A stretch of DNA of 64,000 nucleotides, from the NCBI GenBank assembly GCA_963776245.1, contig CAVZLN010000008.1, positions 192,001-256,000 of the forward strand, given 5' to 3'. The position numbers and the translations under genes are program-made. The notes under the pieces are model-generated. The model searched no databases, was not told the origin of the DNA, and saw nothing but the letters and a program-made list of their open reading frames with translations. This DNA is from Candidatus Eiseniibacteriota bacterium (GTDB taxonomy: Bacteria; Eisenbacteria; RBG-16-71-46). Positions 59,896 through 64,000 of the stretch are shown piece by piece. Numbering within the stretch: position 1 is the stretch's first letter; every line of letters starts with the position of its first letter.

Positions 59896-60630
59896 ATGAC
59901 CGAGTCCCCCCTGACGCGCCCCCCGCGATTGCTCGTCGTGATGCCCGCGCACGACGAGGAGGAGAGCGTCGGCACGACGCTCGAGCGCGTGCGCCTCGCG
60001 CTCCCGGAGGCCGACGTGGTGGTCGTGAATGACTACTCGAGCGACCGCACTACCGCGGTCGCCGAGGCGCATGGCGCCCGCGTGGTCGAATTGCCGTGCA
60101 ACCTCGGCTATGGGGGGGCGGTGCAGACCGGCTTCAAGTACGCGGTCGCCCACGGCTATGACGTGGTGATCCAGATGGACGCCGACGGGCAGCACGATCC
60201 CGGCTCCGCGCGCGCGCTGCTCGCGCCGGTGCTCGCGGGCGAGGCGGAGGTCGCGATCGGATCGCGCTTCCTGGGGCAGGCGAAGTACCGCATCCCGGGA
60301 CTGCGGCGCCTCGGCATGCAGGTGTTCGGCGGGATCGTCACGTTCGTCACCCGCCAGCGCTTCTCCGATCCGACCTCGGGGTTCCAGGCGCTCGACCGTC
60401 GCGTCGTCGAGTTCCTCGCGCGCGACCACTACCCTTCCGACTTCCCCGACGCCGACACCATCATCCTGCTCGCGCTGGCGGGATTCCGCGTGCGGGAAGT
60501 GCCCGTGACCATGGAGGCGCGCGTCGCCGGGACCTCGATGCACTCCAACCTGAAGGCGTTCTACTACGTCGCCAAGATGACGCTCTCGATCCTGATGGTG
60601 CTGCTGCGCCGCAAGCGACTGCGCGTGTGA
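59896..60630 (+). CDS. Glycosyltransferase family 2 (DPM1-like)
   Basis: PAHDEE, NLGYGGAVQTG, QMDADGQHDP, GSRF and DPTSGF motifs. Confidence 0.92.
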   Translation: MTESPLTRPPRLLVVMPAHDEEESVGTTLERVRLALPEADVVVVNDYSSDRTTAVAEAHGARVVELPCNLGYGGAVQTGFKYAVAHGYDVVIQMDADGQHDPGSARALLAPVLAGEAEVAIGSRFLGQAKYRIPGLRRLGMQVFGGIVTFVTRQRFSDPTSGFQALDRRVVEFLARDHYPSDFPDADTIILLALAGFRVREVPVTMEARVAGTSMHSNLKAFYYVAKMTLSILMVLLRRKRLRV

Positions 60631-61505
60631 CCCCCGTGCACGCCGGCGCCATCACCTTCGATGTCGAGGACTGGTTCCACCCGGAATTGGTGCGTTCGCG
60701 CGCGCCCGCGGACGACCCGCGGTCGGTGGTGCACCAGGGCATCGGCGCGATCCTCGCCATGCTGGGGCGGCACTCCGTCCGCGGGACGTTCTTCGTGATG
60801 GGCGAGGTCGTGGCGCGCCATCCCGGCATCCTGCGCACACTCGAGGGCGCGGGGCACGAGATCGCCTGTCACGGCATGACCCACCGTGCGCTCTGGTCGC
60901 ACACCCCTCAGTCCCTCCGCGAGGAACTGAGGGAGTTCCGCCGCGTGGTGCGCGCCACGCTCGGGCACGACCGGGTGATCGGCTTCCGCGCCCCCACGTT
61001 CAGCCTCGATCGCTCCACCGCGTGGGCGATCGAGGTGCTGCGCGGGGAAGGTTTCCGCTACGATTCGAGCGTGTTCCCGGTGCGCGTGTACCTGTACGGC
61101 GTGGCGGGAGCGCCGCTCGGCATCTACCGGCCCGCGGCGGACGACATGGCGCGCCACGACGCGGGGGCCGCGCTGGTGGAGTTTCCGGTCGCCATCGGGA
61201 CGCTGGGGCCGCTGCGCCTGCCGGCGGCCGGCGGTTTCTACCTGCGCGCGCTGCCCTACGCGCTGCTCGCGGCGACGCTCGACCGCGTGGCGCGGGAGCG
61301 GCCGTTCTGTCTCTACCTGCACCCCTGGGAATGCGCGCCCGACGTGCCGCGCGTCCGGCTCTCGCCTGCCGACGCGTGGATCACCTATGTGGGACTCGGC
61401 TCGGTCATGGGCAAGCTCGACCGACTGCTCGGTCGCTATCGTTTCGACACCATGCGCGGGATCCTCGAGAGCGGGGGCCATCTCGCGCAGTCCCCGGAGG
61501 ACTGA
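60627..61505 (+). CDS. Polysaccharide deacetylase (XrtA-system/DUF3473 type)
   Basis: TFDVEDWF, GHEIACHG, GFRAPTFS, YDSS, GGFYLR and YLHPWE motifs. Confidence 0.92.
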   Translation: MTPVHAGAITFDVEDWFHPELVRSRAPADDPRSVVHQGIGAILAMLGRHSVRGTFFVMGEVVARHPGILRTLEGAGHEIACHGMTHRALWSHTPQSLREELREFRRVVRATLGHDRVIGFRAPTFSLDRSTAWAIEVLRGEGFRYDSSVFPVRVYLYGVAGAPLGIYRPAADDMARHDAGAALVEFPVAIGTLGPLRLPAAGGFYLRALPYALLAATLDRVARERPFCLYLHPWECAPDVPRVRLSPADAWITYVGLGSVMGKLDRLLGRYRFDTMRGILESGGHLAQSPED

Positions 61506-61507
61506 TC

Positions 61508-61897
61508 ATGGTTCCCGTCCAGTTCTACACCGGCATCCAGCTGCGCACGCAGGTGTTCGCGTTCCTGCTCGGCGCCGGCCTGCTGCTGTTCGTCCTCGAC
61601 ACCGTGCGCCGCAAGCGGCTGCGCGAGCAGTACTCGCTGTTGTGGCTGCTCGCCTCGGCGGTGATGGCCCTGGCGGCGGTGTTCATCAAGAGCATCGAGC
61701 GCCTCTCCCACCTGGTGGGGATCTATTACCCCCCGGCGTTCCTGTTCCTGCTGGCGATCCTGCTGGTGCTGGTGCTCCAGTTCCACTTCTCGATCGTGAT
61801 CTCGAACCTGCGCGAGCAGAACAAGAGCCTCACGCAGGACCTCGGCCTGCTGGGCGCCGAACTGCGCGAGCTCCGACAGGCGCGGAAGCGCGAGTGA
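61508..61897 (+). CDS. DUF2304 family small membrane protein
   Basis: VRRKRLREQYSLLW...GIYYPP, plus a C-terminal coiled coil (LTQDLGLL). Confidence 0.85.
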   Translation: MVPVQFYTGIQLRTQVFAFLLGAGLLLFVLDTVRRKRLREQYSLLWLLASAVMALAAVFIKSIERLSHLVGIYYPPAFLFLLAILLVLVLQFHFSIVISNLREQNKSLTQDLGLLGAELRELRQARKRE

Positions 61898-61916
61898 GCG
61901 CTCCGGACGGCAGCGC

Positions 61917-62339
61917 GTGAGCGACCCGATCCGCCCTGCGGGCAGCCCGGGCGCCGCCCGTCTCATCGCGCGCCATCTGATCGGAGAGGAGCCGACCTCC
62001 GACGAGGTGGCGCGCTGGGTCCATGCGCTCGAGATCGCGGCGGCCCCGCTCGAACGGGCGCGCGACCAGCGGTTCTGGATGCTCGCGACGCGGTCGCAGC
62101 TCACGCTCGGCCTGGTGGACGCCGGGCTGGCGCTCACCGATCCGCACTCACCGGTGCGCCAGCGCATCGGTCTGATGCTCGCCATCCTCGAGGCCTCCCC
62201 GGCGCACGTGACGCGCTTCGAAGCGCGCGCGCGGTCCGGGGTGGAGCTCGTCGCGCTGGCGCCGCGCGCCGCCCTGGCGGTGCTCCGCTCGGCCGCCGGG
62301 CTGGCGCTGGTGCGCTCGTGGGGGGTGCTGTGGCGGTGA
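61917..62339 (+). CDS. Hypothetical protein
   Basis: ORF filling the operon gap; contains LVDAG...LAILEASP; its stop overlaps the next GTG. Confidence 0.7.
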   Translation: MSDPIRPAGSPGAARLIARHLIGEEPTSDEVARWVHALEIAAAPLERARDQRFWMLATRSQLTLGLVDAGLALTDPHSPVRQRIGLMLAILEASPAHVTRFEARARSGVELVALAPRAALAVLRSAAGLALVRSWGVLWR

Positions 62340-63943
62340 TCCACGACCATGTCGTGGTGGGCTCGGGCATCACCGGCGCCGAGGCGGCGCACGCGCTGGT
62401 CGCCGGCGGCGCTCGCGTGCTGATGCTGGACGGCGGACGGCGCGAGACCACCTACGCGCCGATCATCCCGGAGCAGGACCACCTCACGCTCCGGGCCGCG
62501 GACGCCGCGCAACATCGCTACCTGCTGGGCGACCGCTTCGAAGGGGTGCCGTGGGGCGAGGCGGCGCACACCCTGACCCCGCCGCGGCAGCACATCATCC
62601 GCGACACCGACCACTGGCTGCCGTTCCAGGGCGACTTCGCGCGAATGGAGAGCCTCGCCTACGGCGGGCTCGGGGCCGGTTGGGGAGCCGGATGCGCGGT
62701 CTATACGCCTGCCGAGCTGGTGGCCGCCGGGTTCGACCCCGCGGTGATCGGACCGGCCTACGAGGCCGTGGGACGCCGCGTCGGGCTGGCCGCCGAGGCC
62801 GACGACGCCACGCCCTACTGCGCGCGCGGCCTCGTGACGCTGCAGCCGCCGCTGCGCATGGACGAGAGCATCGCCGCCCTGCACGCCGCCTACCAGCGCC
62901 GGCGCGACGCGCTGCGGGCCCGCGGCGTGGTGATGGGGAAGATGCCGATGGCGGTGCTCACGCGGCCCCACGACGACCGCGGCGCGAATCCCTACACCGA
63001 CATGGAATTCTGGGCCGACCACGCGCGGTCGGTCTACCGGCCATGGATGACCGTGGAAGCGCTCCGGCGCGCGCCGTCGTTCGAGTACCGGCCCGGCCGG
63101 CTGGTCACGCGCTTCGAGGAGACCGCCGATCACGTGGCAGTGCACGCACGCCGCCTCGACACCCTCGAGGACGAGGTCGTGCTCGCGCGCCGGCTGGTGC
63201 TCGGGACCGGGGCGCTCGGCAGCGCGCGTCTGGTGATGCGCTCCCAGCCCGGGCTCGAGCACCGGCCGCTGCTCACCAACGCTTATTGCATCGCCCCCTG
63301 CCTGCACCTGCGCCGCCTCGGCCGCCCGCTCGAACGCGCGCGCACCAGCCTCGGCCAGCTCGAGATGTTCCTCGACCCGCGCGGCGACGGCTCCGACGTG
63401 CGCATGGTGTCGCTCTACACCTACCGCTCGCTGCTGTTGTTCAAGCTCGTCAAGGAGCTGCCGTTCGCGCTCGCGGACGGGCTGCCGCTGATGCGCGCGC
63501 TGGCGCCGGCGCTCGTGCTCGCCACCATCAATCACCCCGACCACGCCGCGCCCGGCAAGGGCGTGCGTCGCGTGCGCGACGAGGCCTCGCCGACCGGCGA
63601 CGCGCTGCGCGCCGACTACGCCCGCACCGCGGAGGAGACGCGCGACGATGAGGCCTGCGAGCGCCGCATCGCGGGGGCGATGGCGACCCTCGGCGCCCCG
63701 GCGCTCAAGCGCCAGAAGATGCGCGCCGGCGCCACCGTGCACTACGCGGGCACGCTCCCGTTCGGGGACGGCGAGACGCCGGGCACGCTCGCGCCCGATG
63801 GCCGCCTCGCCGGCACCCGCCGGGTGTACGTCGCGGACGGCTCGGGGCTGCGGTTCCTGCCCGGCAACGGCCTCACGTTCACCCTCATGGCGTGGGCCCA
63901 CGTGGTGGGCCGCGACCTCGCGCGCCGGGGCGCGGACGCGTGA
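62336..63943 (+). CDS. GMC-like FAD-dependent oxidoreductase
   Basis: VVGSGITG, SLAYGGLGAGWG, LGTGALGS, VHYAGT, VYVADGS and TFTLMA motifs. Confidence 0.82.
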   Translation: MIHDHVVVGSGITGAEAAHALVAGGARVLMLDGGRRETTYAPIIPEQDHLTLRAADAAQHRYLLGDRFEGVPWGEAAHTLTPPRQHIIRDTDHWLPFQGDFARMESLAYGGLGAGWGAGCAVYTPAELVAAGFDPAVIGPAYEAVGRRVGLAAEADDATPYCARGLVTLQPPLRMDESIAALHAAYQRRRDALRARGVVMGKMPMAVLTRPHDDRGANPYTDMEFWADHARSVYRPWMTVEALRRAPSFEYRPGRLVTRFEETADHVAVHARRLDTLEDEVVLARRLVLGTGALGSARLVMRSQPGLEHRPLLTNAYCIAPCLHLRRLGRPLERARTSLGQLEMFLDPRGDGSDVRMVSLYTYRSLLLFKLVKELPFALADGLPLMRALAPALVLATINHPDHAAPGKGVRRVRDEASPTGDALRADYARTAEETRDDEACERRIAGAMATLGAPALKRQKMRAGATVHYAGTLPFGDGETPGTLAPDGRLAGTRRVYVADGSGLRFLPGNGLTFTLMAWAHVVGRDLARRGADA

Positions 63944-64000
63944 GCCCCCGCCGCATCGGCATCACCGGCGCCACCGGCTTCATCGGCCGCCACCTGCTCG
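63940..64000 (+). CDS. NAD-dependent epimerase/dehydratase, 5' end only
   Basis: VSPRRIGITGATGFIGRHLL (TGxxGxxG); GTGA overlap. Confidence 0.85.
   Translation, partial: MSPRRIGITGATGFIGRHLL

Overview
This window is high-GC (roughly 70%+) bacterial DNA with about 55 genes. Gene content and secreted-protein C-termini suggest an FCB-group candidate lineage such as Ca. Eisenbacteria (inference only). From 1-13.7 kb there are transport and metabolic genes: a POT transporter, a BNR/VPS10 beta-propeller protein, DUF2911, a sodium:solute symporter with a PIG-L deacetylase, and aspC-pckA. An accessory patch at 13.8-20.9 kb holds secreted proteins, an HNH-family gene with an in-frame 36-bp-period array of 18-24 bp palindromes and a RuvA-CTD-like tail, a HipA-like kinase/DUF3037 pair, and a Cys-rich Crp/Fnr regulator next to a perfect TGTGA-N6-TCACA box. 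Next come a GT-C/Tat-subunit/GMC oxidoreductase operon, hbd-ackA, a cytochrome c peroxidase, fabF, nfeD-SPFH, a folE-GT2-TrxR-like operon, tRNA-Gly(GCC) and lysC. The right part (35.7-64 kb) is a large, divergently transcribed surface-glycan/EPS locus, whose left arm ends in galT-glgA. Six genes between 33.6 and 48.3 kb are broken by single-base frameshifts that most likely reflect sequencing or assembly error. No CRISPR array, rRNA or recognisable transposase was seen. All family calls come from motif recognition by eye, not from database searches.
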